DNA of 64,000 nucleotides. It comes from Botryllus schlosseri (Eukaryota). Within the stretch, counting starts at the first letter, position 1; every line of letters starts with the position of its first letter. Shown here piece by piece: positions 1-13,895 of the stretch. Under the pieces are notes generated by a model, which was not told where the DNA came from, searched no databases, and was given only the letters and a program-made list of their open reading frames with translations. The DNA is taken from positions 18,478,001 to 18,542,000 of the forward strand of contig CM119371.1 in NCBI GenBank assembly GCA_051294905.1, written 5' to 3'. The position numbers and the translations under genes are program-made.

Positions 1-1052
1 AGATCTGTGTATAATCTGTATATGATAGCTTTGCTATGGTTGAACAATTACAACGTGATTATGATTTCAAGTTTATTACATTCAACAATTAGAGTTCCTT
101 GTATGCGTGGTCCACACTCTTCATCGAATGACTTTATGATATTCTTTTTCAGTGATTTCGTGTAGCAGCTTGTTATTGAGATTTTTCAATAAACTACTTA
201 CTTGACAAAAAACGAAAAGTTAGTATTTTTCCTTAACAACCTGTTGAAGTGTAATTATGATCTAATAACCTAACTAATTGTAACTCAACAACAGTTCATG
301 TAGAGATTTCTACTTGCTACTTTGCTGCTGATTCCTTCCCCCCTATAAAATTATTTACTGCTAATTTGCTAATTTGTAGGCTATGGAGTCAGTGGTTTTC
401 AAGGTGAATAAAAATTACTTCAGGTCACAGAATACAGCAAGGATTACATTACTCGAGACAAAATTAGATTATTTGACAATATTTCATGACAATTTAAAAA
501 AATCAGTACTTATTATCAAAGTGGCACTAGTCCTAAAGCAAAGTTGTATTGTGAGTTGTGCCTGTTCCGCAGACCGCTGCTTTCTTTGTGTATTTTGTGA
601 TAGTTCGCCACTTCCGTTCCGTCCTCCGTTTGGTATTTCGTGTTCCGCTGTGTAGATTTGAGTCATTTATCTCTGTCAGTAGTTTCGCACGGTCCGCCGT
701 TTAGTAAAACAAGTTCCGCGGGCCGCCGTGGAGAGTTCACCTTTTCTGGTGATTCCGATGGTAACTGCTAAATCTGTCTGTTGATGAAAAGGATCAGCAT
801 TGTGGAGTATCAATCAAGCTTCCCGGTATACAGCTGATTGAGTAGCCCTGGTAGGGATTGCCATATAATTGTTTCATTCTTGGGCCGCCTGTCTCGAAAC
901 TGAGATCTAAAAGAAGCATGTAGGCCTACAATAAAAAATACGGATTTAAATACTCACAATTAGGGCTGGAAGTAATAATTCAAGTATTAGAATCTGAATC
1001 GAGTATTATTCGTGATGGGAAGGCAAGATAATGTGCATCTTTTCTCTCTATT

Positions 1053-3280
1053 GTGTCATGCCTGTCAGATTATAGTAAGCTGTGTTGCCTATCGAATATT
1101 AGGCTACGTATCAGAACTGAGATGAAGAGAAGATCACAACACAAGGGGCCTGCTCAGCTGTCTGCCTTGTCGAAGCAGCAAGTAAAAAGGAGTTCGGTAC
1201 AAGCGAACGAACATGGATCGAGAGTAAAATTGAGCGTTGGCAACTGTGCCACATCCTTCAGCACCGTGAATGGGTTGGGCCCCCGGCAAATGCGTGGACA
1301 TCCCAACTACGAAGGGGTATCGGGATTACCGTGTAAGAGAGCGCGGTTGAGCTACATAGAAGAGCGGGTTCCGGTCAGTTCAGGAGTAGCCCCCGAGAAT
1401 TCGGGAAAGAAATTGTTAGACGTTACCTTGGCTGCAACGCTCCACGACAGGAGACCCGTTGGTGCTGTTGTATGGCGAACTAAGCGAGATGAACACAAGA
1501 CAATAGGCCAGAACTTGAGGACTGGTCAGGTGGCCAGTGTGGTCAATCAGGACCTCCTTCAACAAGGCCACCTTATGAAAGGCAATGAAGTAGCTGCGTC
1601 AATAGAACAAGATGAGTCACTTGGAAGTCATAGTGAATGGGACTTGAGACGGTATGAATTCCTGGGTAAGCTGGAACGCTCGAAGCTTTCTGCCGCAAAG
1701 GACAAATGCGGCGAAGGTGTGCTAGATTCGCTAATCAGTCGCCGAGCCTCGGGAGAGGAGTTTGTGCGCAAGTTGAAAGACCATGCAATGGGACTTCTGT
1801 CCTGCCTCGGGAGTAAAACTTCGCCGAACCGATGGAGACCACGTGAGCCCTACGACACTCTCGTACCAGGCCGATCACAGAGAAGCATGAGACGCGATGA
1901 GTATGCGGTGGTACAGGAGCTGTACAAACGAGATAAAGAGTCCTGTGCAAGTATGGTCTTGAGCGGGGGCTGGAGAGCAAGTGACGTGGTTGAAAAACCT
2001 GAGCCGGTCGGAGATAATAAGTTTTGTGGGAGACTTGATGCGGATGAAACGCGGTTGTGATGATATGAAGGTGGATCAAGCCAGGGACACTGCCTGGGAC
2101 CTGTTGAATCCCATCTCAGAACAGGAAGTGGAAGATTTTCTCTCCGTATCCTACCAGTACGCATCAGGTCCGGATGGAATGGCGATCCGCGATACCAAGA
2201 GAATCCCTCTGACGTGCCTGGTCAAGATGTTTAATTTGTGGCTCTTGTCTTGAACACTGCCGAGTCCTCTCCGCAACGCCCGAACTGTGCTGGTCCCCGC
2301 GGTTAGCAAGCCGCGCACTCCCGAAGATTGCCGCCCAATCACCACCGATCCTGTGCTCGTCAGGGTATTCCATAAAATACTGGCCCAGCGCTTGAGCCAG
2401 AATTTCAAACTAGCTCCGACGCAAATGGCGTTTACACTGACCGATGGGTGTTCGGAGAATGTTACACTACTAGAAGCCCTAATATCGCAGGCGAGAAATA
2501 ATCGGTCCAACTTGAACGTGGTTTTTCTGGACCTACAAAAAGCATTTGATTCCGTAAAACATGATAGCGTCCTTCGTACAGCACGTAGGTTAGGAGCTCC
2601 AGAGCCTTTTGTTGAGTACTTAGAGGAGCTGTTACACGGAGGCGAGGACTGACCTTTACGGGGAATCGATTTTAGTATCACGCGGAGTCAGGCGGGGAGA
2701 TCCCATGTCGGCCATACTGGTTAATGCAGTACTTGATGAAGCTTTATGTAATTCAGCGCAAGATGGGCCGACCATCGGGGGTAAAATGCTCAGTGCCATT
2801 GGGTTTGCCGATGACATCGCCCTGGTGACGGTGACCGAGGTTGCAATGAGAATGCGGCTAAAGCGATTTACGGATTGCCTAGAAGAATCCGGTGTGAGGT
2901 TTGATGCGGCGAAATGCAGGTCATTCGTGATACGTGCGGATGGCAAATCAAAGAGATACTCTATCGATACTGCAGCTAAGTTCCAAATCAGTGACATCCT
3001 CATCCCAGCAAAAGGATGTCGCGAAACTTTTGAATACCTGGGAATAGAAGATGGCAGAACCCTCGGAAAAACCCTCATTCAGGGCCTGGAAGAGATTTCC
3101 AAAGCGCCGCTTAAACCGCAGCAGCGACTTTATATTCTCAGAAACCATCTTTTCCCGAAGCTAGCGTATGGTGGATCGAGTTGGAAACTTAAAAAGTCCA
3201 AGCTCAACTCCTTTGACGAAGTATATTGGTATGACGCCATTTTAATAATATTCAATAAGGAGTTGGTGGACCTTACTTAA
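1053..3280 (+). pseudogene. Disrupted R2-clade non-LTR retrotransposon ORF (reverse transcriptase), 3'-truncated
   Basis: Consecutive ORF pieces 1053-2060, 1981-2253, 2287-2652 and 2705-3280 carry RRDEYAVVQELYK, SGPDG, CRPIT, QMAF..DGCSEN, FLDLQKAFDSVKH, RGVRRGDPMS, GFADD and APLKPQQRLYILRNHLFPKL (R2-type thumb). Frameshifts and stops separate the pieces; no C-terminal CCHC/endonuclease region seen. Confidence 0.88.
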
Positions 3281-4067
3281 TTCCCTGAAGTAAAAACCCG
3301 ATAAGGCCTTCGTGAGTCGTATATTTTGTCGTGTGAACGTAGATAACATAGATAACATGAAATGAAATGGTACGATGTTTTTGTGCATGTACTCTCTCGT
3401 GCCTATGATGAGAGATATGCGTATGTAATACCACGTAGGGATATTCATTCATTCATTATTTGCTGATTCGGAAGTCCATTGCATTGTCGTACGTAATTCA
3501 ATAAAGTTACAAGTCGCGGAGACAGAAACAAAATATATTCGTCAGTGTGATCCATCTAATACGTGTGCACTAGACAGGCTTCGTGGTACGTCAGCCAACG
3601 AACCCCTGCGGTGTGGGACGCCGGTCCGTCGAACGCAAGAAGAAACACGCAGCGAATTGTGAACGCAACCTTCTGGAGTCAGATTATACAATTATACAAC
3701 TACAAACATTCGCTCTGCGTTTTGGCCTTTGTACACCAAGGTGGTTCAAATATTACTTTTTTCCGGATTCCGGATTTTAATGTGGGCAAAGATCTCTACC
3801 ACATTCTCAATTGATTTACCGGTACCGGTAGTAGTCACATAATAAAGCAATATAACAAAACCCAACACAAATAAATTCGCCGTACTTCCGATCGCGAAGC
3901 ATTTTCAGAAGGTCAGCGAAGCCTCTAAATTTTCAGAGTTGATAATAACCTAATATGTATTTCTTTAAATTAGGGAAATCATGAGGCAGATTCACTTCGT
4001 CGCTGCTAAATCCTCAGGACGCACATCAACAAAATGGAAGTTTTGTTGGGGTTTGTAATAAAATATA

Positions 4068-5030
4068 AATGTTGCTGTCGTGCAGGTCAAGAGAGAGAGA
4101 GAGAGAGAGAGTCTTTATTTTCATCGAACCAAAATACATAACAAACGGCAGTGATGGTGGTACAGAAAATATGCGTGCACAGTATTCGGTATTAGATAGG
4201 AATGATCGATAAGACCGTGAAGGTCATCTAGTCTGATCACACCAGCATCAAACAGGTACACTTGACTCAGAACAGTCTGGCTGTGAAAAAATGTTTAGTT
4301 AGGAAAGGAAAATATAAAAAAAAATTAAACAATGGTAGCAAATGATCAATGAAGCAATGTCTGGGCGAGGTAGGGCAACAGTGTTAGTGTCAATCAGGGT
4401 GATTTCGAAATGTTTGCAAATCCAATTTTCTCTCGTGACATACATATAACCAATATTCCAGAACAACTTAGAAAAAATAGCTACTTGATAGAAACAACTA
4501 AGTTGGACGTTGTATATTGTAGAGAACGTAGCGTTGTCGGATAACCTGCTAGAGCCGTAAGCCTGAGTCCAACGTAGGTTGTGACTTACGTAAATACTTA
4601 ACTAGCAGTGGCGAACGCCTGGCCCTGCGTTAGTCCTTGATCTGACAGCTCAACGATGCATGCGACGACAATTGCCTCAGATAGATGTATTGGTCGAATG
4701 AATATGAACAGTAGTAGCGTATGAGTCCCATGTGGGATATCTGAATGTGCGCGTTTATATATGGCGCGATACAAGAAGAAGGGCGTGGTCACGTGATATA
4801 CGGCGTGGTACAATGTGATTTAATGGCGTGTTTTATATTACAGGGTGTATGAACCGTAAGAGGGCGCAGGGCGTTCCACAATATGTAATGTTGCTGTCGT
4901 ACAGGTCAATCAGGGTGATTTCGAAATGTTTGCAAAGCCAATTTTCTCCCGTGATTACATAACCAATATTCCAGAACAACTTAGAAAAAAGAGCTACTTG
5001 ATAGAAACGACTAGGCTGGACGTTGTATAT
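4068..5030 (+). repeat. Local direct duplication (4068-4520 vs 4888-5030)
   Basis: ATGTTGCTGTCGT..GTCAATCAGGGTGATTTCGAAATGTTTGCAAA..GACGTTGTATAT occurs twice; the first copy is interrupted by 4091-4388. Confidence 0.8.
4091..4388 (-). mobile_element. 5'-truncated CR1-like LINE (or LINE-tailed SINE) 3' end with (TC)n tail
   Basis: Minus strand has GACTAGATGACCTTCACGGTC (CR1-type 3' stem-loop), then AATAAA and a TC microsatellite tail. Flanked by GTCAA (4086-4090, 4389-4393); the paralogous repeat near 4890-4920 shows the empty site CAGGTCAATCAGGG. Confidence 0.7.
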
Positions 5031-5639
5031 GTTCATTAAAAAATACGTTTCTCTATTTTGGTTCCATGTTGCCACATGCCCAAATGTCTCGTCGGAAGCA
5101 TATCGCGTTATTAATATATTCGCCATCACGTATATATTGCCGGAAATGGATTTCCGGCGCTCGTTCATATCAAACCGAAGACACCGATTTTCGAGACACA
5201 ATCATGTATTTCAAGAAATGCAGCTACACTGCTACAGAAATCGCTTTCAAATAAAGTCTACGCAATTTCTACATAAATAGCACGATGTTGTTTTGAGGAA
5301 AAGGCATTTTGATGCTGTTTATCACTAGCCTACAGTTGATATTTGCACAAGACAGATGAAGGTTGCACGATAATTGAGCTAGGTTTGCTCTAAAACTTTG
5401 GGGGTCCGCGATGACAAAAAGGTTGAAAACCACTGCCGTAGGCCTTACCCGATGGAACCACTGCTGTAGCCTGTGCGTCCTGAACGGATTAAAAATAAGA
5501 AAACGACTGATAATAAATATGAATAATCGTCATATCATACTTTCATCTGCCTAACACACACACACACACAGTGTACAATGCGATATACAAGACACACAAT
5601 GTGATGTAATGATCGTTCAGCAAATGATTATGCATTGTA

Positions 5640-6145
5640 TTGTAACCTACGTCGTATGAGCAGCATCGCACTGCCACTGCATATTTGGATATTTTCAAAT
5701 TCTGAGAAATAAGGCGGTTGAGAATGAACATTTTTCTGTTGTAAATTTCATCGATTCAAGATACTTTCAACGATCACGGAAATCCTAATGAGTTTTTCTG
5801 GGAACGAAGGTTGCGCTTGCGCTTTGGTGAGTAGAAGTTGCTAGTTCATTGGACGTTAGATGGCGTAAACACACAACTTTGATTTGGAGTTTGGTGACGT
5901 GGAATGAGGTATTGTCGCAAGAAAAGATAATCGCTGGCAAGTCAAGTGTCAACTTGCTTTTTGTTTTTACGGTCACTGCAGAAAGGTGTTACGGGTATTG
6001 TGAAGAATTTTTTGTGTGTCTTGCATAGTCCAAAGCAAATTTTTGATGAGGAATTGTGATATAGGCTATAGCGCTAGTTCGTAGTCAGAGCCGTGATCGA
6101 TTTGCACCTGAAGGATTAGAATCGCAGCATACGATATTGTGGGTT
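5640..6145 (+). repeat. Dispersed repeat, diverged partner at ~58345-58815
   Basis: Shared blocks GCACTGCCA.TGCATATTTGGAT, GATACTTTCAACGATC, ATGAGTTTTTCTGGGAACGAA, TAGAAGTTGCTAGTTCATTGGACGTTAG.TGGCGTAAACAC and GAAGGATTAGAAT. Confidence 0.75.
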
Positions 6146-6524
6146 GACTAGTCTATATATAGTGATATCGTATTTACGGTGGGTGGGTTACGGGTAAAAC
6201 TATAATAAATATTGGATGAATCGGGCGCTGTAAATATCATTTTATTCAAATCCAAATGTTTCGACGGCAATAACTCCACTTCCAGTAGTTGGAATTGAGC
6301 GGAATTTGGTGACCATCGTTTCTACACACAACCTAGCCATTTCATGCGATGAACAGAAAATTTGATTTTTTAAATTTATTTCTATATTATAAATAAAAAA
6401 ACTTCCGTCTCCTGTAGCAATGCGGCTGCCGGCTACTGGTTGGAATTTACCCAAATTTGGTGTACAGCTTTTGAATAGGTTTCCTAACAATTTTATGAAG
6501 TAGCCATGCAGTGAGTAATTCCCT

Positions 6525-7780
6525 GTCAACATGCAAATATTTTGTAAATCCGTCTCCACACCCTCTCAGATTTTTCTCTAAATTTATATACAACTTAAGT
6601 ATCTAGTTCTGAATACAACGAAATTTATTTCGGACAATTTCGTTGAACGGCTCTCGAGTTATTGCGGTTTGAAAAATGATGATTTTGTGATTACTCAACC
6701 ATGAAATTTGGCAACACAAAACCTGTGTATGATTGTAACTGATATAGCTCAGAAGTTACGTAGAGTAAAGGTTTGTTATGTAGCAATAATTGTTGGTGCA
6801 TGTTCTTCACTTACCACGAATTTCCCCGCTCCACAGTATTGGTCAAGGTTCAAAACGCGATTTCAAAATTGGCATATGTTAAAATTGGTGATGCATAACG
6901 ATATTTTTCAACTCATCTGGTGCAATTCTATTTAAACCAAAATTCACAAGCAAGGTGTCATTTGAAAGGTGTTTCCAACTAGAATGCACGAAACTTAATT
7001 TTATTATTGGCAACATGGCTCAAAATATAATATGGTGCATAATGCAAAATAGGTCATTTTTTAATTAATTTTAATTATATTAATTCAGTGATTATCTGAT
7101 TTTGCCATTATTCTACTCCTTATATGATAATGTGTTTCAGTAGATAATTATTGCCATGCTCAGAGAGTACTTTTATTTATTGCATGTGCATTATGCTTGC
7201 AAGGGTGCTTCTGGGTTTACCGACTATCAGTAATTCGAGTCAACATCCAAATAATATTTTAATTCGTCTTCACACCCTCTCAGATTTCTCTGCAATATCA
7301 TGTACAACTAAAGTACCCAATTCTGAGTAGAATAGAATTTAATTATTATAACTTTATTGATCGGTTCTTGAGCAATTGCAGTATGAAGAATGGGGATTTC
7401 GTGCTTACTCAACCATGAAATTTGCGTATGATTATAACTGCTAAAATCATTACTTATACAGGCTGCAGGTAGTAATGCTGGTAAGCAATGATTGGTGGTA
7501 CATGTTCTTCACTCACTAGGAATTCCCCTCCGCATTACAGAATCAAGGTTCAAATCTTGATTTGAAAATTGACATACCAGTATGTTAAAATCAGTGATGC
7601 GTGACGATATTCCTGAACTCTCTGACCCGACTCCATCTAACTCAAAATTCATAAGTAAGGTGTCATATGAAAGCTGTTACCAATTAGAATCCATCAGAAT
7701 TGGTTAGAATTGAATATAAGACAGGAACACGGCAAAAAATATACTTAGACACTTAATGCAGAACAGGTCATGCACTATTT
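6525..7780 (+). repeat. Diverged ~700-bp-period direct repeat (6525-7060 vs 7240-7780)
   Basis: CACACCCTCTCAGATTT, TTACTCAACCATGAAATTTG, CATGTTCTTCACT, TCAAGGTTCAAA and AAGGTGTCAT occur in the same order in both copies. Confidence 0.7.
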
Positions 7781-8782
7781 AGAGCGCATCTTTTCAATGA
7801 AGTTTTAGACAAGTGGCAGTCAAATATCACATGCAATACCAATTCAGCAACGTTCTACTCTTTCCAAGCTTCCATTTGACACCTTCCTCGAAAAAATTGG
7901 TTTAAATAGAATTCCGCTAGGCAGAGTTGCATATTTGTTACGCATGACTGATTTTGAAAACATGATGACTTTGAATTGACATTTGACCCCTAACCCCCAT
8001 TCGTGAAGTTGAAAATTTAGGTCTATCACAATAAGCATAGGTTATACCAAAATATCTTACTACAGAAATTTAAGTCTGCCCGGCAACAATTTGATCACTA
8101 TAATGTTAATTACAATTAGACACAGGTTTCAAGCGGTATAGCGTCACGGACGAGTGAGCACGAAATGTCACTTTTCAAATTGCGATAACTCTGTAACGAA
8201 TTGTTCGATTTTCTTGAAACAAAATTTGTTATGCACCAAATTTAATGCCTGATCGATGTGAAAATTTTCAATTTGACCTGAAATGGTGTGGAGATGGGCG
8301 TTTGCATGTTGAGAGGGAATTACTCCAGTACAATTTGAAAACAAGTGATTTTTGAATACCCCTAATGCGTATAATACCTGCAAAATTACGGTATCTATGG
8401 GGAATAGTTTCAATACTTTGTCAATCTCTCTGATCTTGTAATTATAGTAAGACTACCTAAGATGGAGTGTTTGAGGTGTGGGGCGGCCCAAACCTGAATA
8501 GGCTGGAGCGTGGGACAACATAGCATATGCCTGAAATCCATATTTGATTGATCCTATTAAATATATTTATCATTACACTAGAACAGGTGTTGGTGTTATC
8601 CCTCCCACCATATAGGACACTATGTTTCCACATATAATCACTTGAAAGTGAATCGTGAAACAAACAAAAATGGGCCAGTTTTCCCAATCAAATCTTAACA
8701 AGGTAAAGCAGGGAAGGTATCAGAAAGAGAATGATGCCGTCTGACGTCTGTACAAAATTGATAGAGCTACATTGAACAGGTA

Positions 8783-9575
8783 CCGTAATTTTCCAAGTAT
8801 AGTACGCCCCCATGTATATATGCACCCATAAAATGACATGCAAATTCTGGGAAAAAGCCTGTACCGATGTATAGTACGCACCCTACATTCGCAGTAAATA
8901 AATAGTTATGTTTCAGTATTCGATATCATTCGGTTTTGCGATGTCACTGTCAAACAATCATGACATAACCATCGCTAATCATTATGCAATTATCGGGATT
9001 GTCTCTAAACGATAGTACAGAGCAGCCAAAGCCTGCGAGGCTGGCGACGCGATAGTTTGAGCCAGCGACACAACGTCTTGCGCATCTTGCCTATCACAGA
9101 TGCGATTGCTAATCATTATACAAGTAACGGTATTGCCTGTATACGATAGTAGATAGCAGCCAAAGCCTGTCAGGCCGGCAACGAAACATCTTGCGCACGA
9201 GGTCAGATGCGATTGCTCAGGCCAACGGTTATGTCGCGCACACCACGCCTGTTGGAGTTGCGCGACTGATTACGCAAGTGATTATATTTTGCACACATGG
9301 CCTGTCGATGAACTAGCGAGGATCGCCGCGCGCGCGTTCAGCATTCAATGAATGACCTAAGTTCACTCGTGTGCAAAGGGCAAACCAACTCAGCAGGAGA
9401 TTGCGTGCTGTGCAGGCGACTCTCGTGAATTGGCAACACGCTTTTTGCTAATTAGTAGCGTGTTACACTGATAATACAAATTACTGGACACGATAGCTGA
9501 AAGTGATACGCACTGCCCCCGATTTTAGGGCAAAAAATCGTGAAAATTTTGCGGATTATACATGGAAAATTACAG
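8783..9575. mobile_element. Non-autonomous Tc1/mariner (pogo-like) element
   Basis: TA|CCGTAATTTTCCAAGTATA ... TATACATGGAAAATTACAG|TA; no ORF. Inverted sister copy at 12474-13895 and a fragment near 10830-11035. Confidence 0.75.
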
Positions 9576-11386
9576 TATCTTGAAAAAGAAGGGGATGAAT
9601 CTCACACGAAAAGATGTCAAAATCATTTGCCGATACTGTCTTTAATGAAGAGCAGGAAAGTTTGTTAGCGCAGCGCATCATCAAATGCTCCAAGATGTTT
9701 TTTGGGTTGTCACTCCCACTTTAACAAGACATAAGACATAAGAATGTGACGAGGTAGTGTAGGTAGAAGCATAATTTGATATTGATTTTCATGTTACATA
9801 TTTTCAGTTATCTGGTTTCATGATGCGTTATGAACTTATTCGATTCGTTTGAATGGGGAATCTTCTATATTCCGATAAACTTGATTATTGGATGTACTCG
9901 TATCGAGAACAATAATATCGAATTTTAAACTATTAGGCATTTGGTAGACAGTGTATTTCTATTGATAAGATTGCCGCAATCGCGACATGCTCCCGGAAGT
10001 AGATCGGGAAACGCACCATCAATGCCGCCAAAATCACTGTTTTATTCTGCAAACGATCGCCGCGATGGGAGTTACTCAACACTAAGCCGGAAACCGCGAG
10101 AGACAATTACTGATTGGCTGTGCGATTTCACATGTAATCATCATTATTGTCTGCTCCAAATATTGGAGAGTTTCGAAGTTACTTGGCAGGCCAGTGCATA
10201 GTGTATTTCGTCACTCACACGGCACGTTGCGCGTGAATAACATTGATGCAATTCCAGATTCTCAGTGACGTAAATTCTGATTATTGTTCGATGCATTCCA
10301 TCGGATGGACTGGTAACGCAGGCGGCGGTTATATTTTCGAATGATCGTACCGTTTTATCATTATAACTCGACTGCATGGTTTGATATTATTGAGTGCAGG
10401 GCCGATATTGAAACTTCACGCAAATGGTTTAACGCTGCACGTACACCAGCATCATGTAGTAAAGTGCGTTTTGGTGTGACGATGACTTCATCGATATGGA
10501 ATAATTATGATGTCACAAGACTTCACCACGTTGTAAAGAAATAAAAGTCGGCGCCTATGGTTAAAAGTAAGTCTTGGTAAACCGCGGGAGGCGCGAAAAA
10601 TATTCTCAAGGAAAATGAAATCGGCCCAATAAGATTACCGTGTGTTCCATGTTGATTTACGAAATAATTCTGGGTCGTCCACAATCTTTTTCCATTTTGA
10701 GAACTTATGGTACATGTTTTGCAACAAACATAGGTATATTATGTCGTGTGCGTCAAGTCATTTGGCATGTCCTAAAAAATCATCTCGCGTACCACAAATG
10801 GCACGCGTGCTTGGGGTTGCCGACCTCTTGTGTACACGAAATCATCGCTGGCCTACACTATCGCATCTGCAATAGGCCTGGTGCGAAAGGTATCATCGCT
10901 TGCCTAACTATCGCGTCTCGGGCCTAGCATGCCTTGGCTACTATGTCTCGATGGCTTGGAGACAATGCCGTTAAGTGTATACTGCTTAGCGACTCTGATT
11001 AAAAAGTGACATCGCGAAACTGAATGACATCGAATGTCCACAAATTAGTGCGTGCGCACTGCGCACAATTGATTTCTGCTAATACTTGAACATAATAACC
11101 ATCAGAAGATATGTGTCAAGGCTTGAGTTTAAAAGAGGAAAAATGTTTGAATTTGAACCACCTCAAATTGGTGCCATTATAGAACAGACTCCATAACAAC
11201 TCGGACATTTTGGACTTGCGCAAATAGTCGTCGAGGCTACGTAATATGTGCACTTATTTATTTGTCCACGTGATATCAGGAACTCACTAATTGACAGCAC
11301 CTCCGGACTCGTTGGTAAGCTTGTCATATGCGTAAGCTCGTCAGCACGAGGCGATTGTATAATCGTCATTTACGCATATACTAGAC

Positions 11387-11681
11387 ATGTGGTTCTCGAC
11401 CTTTTTTAGACACGCGCCTCTTTATGATAGTGAAAATTTTCGCGCCCCCCTTATAGTCATATCACAAAATCCAACCGGGATGCTAGCAACCCCAACAGAT
11501 TGTCTAAGGCATGGAAGGATATGACTGTTTATGAGAGAATTCGAAGATATGAAATTCAGTCTATATATAGACAAACACGCGTGAATTGGAGGTAAATTTT
11601 TCGGTTGACCGCTTCTTTGCGCCCCCTTCAGATTATTTTACTTCCCCCAAGGGGGCACGCCCCCCATGTTGAGAACCACTG
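11387..11681. mobile_element. hAT (Buster/Charlie-like) MITE
   Basis: Ends ATGTGGTTCTCGACC / GTTGAGAACCACTG; 8-bp TSD TACTAGAC at 11379-11386 and 11682-11689. Confidence 0.8.
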
Positions 11682-12473
11682 TACTAGACCCTAATGGATT
11701 GATGCTATATTAGTAAATTCGAATTGTTCTGCCATAATTATTGGATATCGAATCGAAATATAATGATGCTCATGTTTTAGATCAGAGGTGGCCAACGTGC
11801 GGCCGGAAGCCGGAAGGGAATTTGTGTGGATGTAGACTAGGGGTCTTTAAAAATATCTTTTTTTTCCTCAAACCGTACTGGCTACTTGATTAAATTGTTA
11901 AGTTACCTAATTTAAGTCTATGAACCTAATTTGGTTCAATTCCAGCCTGTAGCCAAATTGCTACAGGAGAAGAAAGTTTCTATTTATTATCAAATAATAA
12001 TTAATAAAGAAATGCGAAAATTTTCTGTTCACCCCATAAAAATGTTGGGCTGTATATAAAAACGATGTTCACCAAATTTGGTTCAATTCCAACCAGTGGA
12101 AGCGGAGTTATTGCCGTCGAAAAATTTGGATTCGAATAAAATAGTATTTACGGTGGGCACCACTATAATATATAATTGAAGAATTGGCATGCACACCAAA
12201 TTTGGTTCGACCCAGGGGCTACCAGTAGCCGCATTGCTGCAGAAAAAAGTTTTTATTTATTATTTAAAAATGAATAATTTTTTTTAAAATTTTCTTATCA
12301 CTTCATGAAATTGTTAGTTTGTCTATAGAAACCATACTCACCCAATTTGGCTCAATTCCAACCAGCGGAAGGGTGTTATTGATTTGATGATCGAAAAATT
12401 TGGATTTGAATAAAATAGTATTCATGGTGGGCACACTTATAATAAATAATTAAGGAGTTGGGCACCGTAAATA

Positions 12474-13895
12474 CCGTAATTTTCCATGTAATGCGCAAAA
12501 TTTTTCCGATATTTTGTCCTAAAATCGGGGGCGCATATTATGCATGGTAAAACAAGCCTTGAAAAAAATCTCCTTCGAAATATAACTTGAAATCACACTT
12601 TCATTATGTTTGTTTTAATCACGCATCACATTCATCCATCATGCCCCGTAATTCGTATTATCAATGTTACATGATGCCAATTAGCGAGGAGCATGTTGCC
12701 AATTAGCGTCTGCGTTGCACAACTGCAAATGATCTCCTGTTGAGTTGGTTTGCCGTTTTTTCACGAGCGAAATTAGGGCATTGATTGCTACATGCACGCG
12801 CGGCAATCCTCGCTAATTCATTGCATCAACGTCAGGCCTGAACAATCGTATCTACAACACGCCATGTTCGCAAGATGTAATCGCTGGCACAGTCGCATCT
12901 CCAACAGACCTGGTGCTCACGACATAATCGTTGGCCTGAGCAATCGCATCCGTAATAGGCCTCGTGCGCAAGATGTCGCTGGCCTGAATCATCGCGACAT
13001 GGGCCTCGCAGGCTTTGGCTGCTATCTATACTATCGTTTAGAGACAATGCCGTTAAGTGTATAATGATTAGCGATCGTTATGTCATGATTGCTCAACAGT
13101 AGGGCTGTTCAAAAATAACCTTTTTTCCTGAATCTTGCGGGTTACTTGATTAAATCGTTAGGTTGCCTTAAAAAATGACGCACACCAAATTTGAATTCAT
13201 TCCAACCAATATTCGCGGATTTCGTAGAGTTTGAAAATTTTGAATTTGCCTAAAAATGCAAAAAAAAAAATTTTTCCAATTTTCCTTCCAACCTTATGAA
13301 ATTGTTGCACTGTCTTCAAAAACGATGCAAAACAAATTAGACTCAATTCCAAGCTGCAGAAGCCGAGTTATTCAAGTTTTTTGATGATAATTCTGGGATG
13401 ATCCACCAATCAAGGATAATCCCAGAATTATCAAAGAAAAACTGAAATAACTCCACTTCTACGGCTTCGAATTGAGTCAAATTTGTTTTGCATCGTTTTT
13501 GAAGACAGCTCAACAATTTCATGGGGTTGGCAGAAAAATTTGAAAAAATTTTTTTTTTGCATTTTTAGGCAAATTCAAAATTTTCAAACTCTACGAAATC
13601 CGCGAATATTGGTTGGAATGAATTCAAATTTGGTGTGCGTCATTTTTTAAGGCAACCTAACGATTTAATCAAGTAACCCGCAAGATTCAGGAAAAAAGGT
13701 TATTTTTGAACAGCCCTACTCAACAGTGACATCGCAAAACAGAATGATATCGAATACTGAAACATAACTATTCGTTTACTGCAAATGCAGGGTGCGTACT
13801 ATACATGGGTACAGGCTTTTCCCCAGAATTTATACGTCATTTTAAGTTGTGTATTATACATAGGGCCCGGGCGCACTATATTTGGAATATTACGG
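12474..13895. mobile_element. Pogo-like non-autonomous element (inverted sister of 8783-9575)
   Basis: TA|CCGTAATTTTCCATGTA ... TTTGGAATATTACGG|TA; internal sequence is the reverse complement of 8783-9575 once 13100-13726 is removed. Confidence 0.75.
13100..13718. mobile_element. Palindromic hAT-type MITE (619 bp, ~300-bp arms)
   Basis: TAGGGCTGTTCAAAAATAACC ... GGTTATTTTTGAACAGCCCTA, self-complementary almost to the centre (~13410); perfect 8-bp TSD CTCAACAG at 13092-13099 and 13719-13726. Confidence 0.92.

Noticed and set aside
2151..2681. 176-aa minus-strand ORF
   Set aside because: Antisense shadow of the RT coding region.
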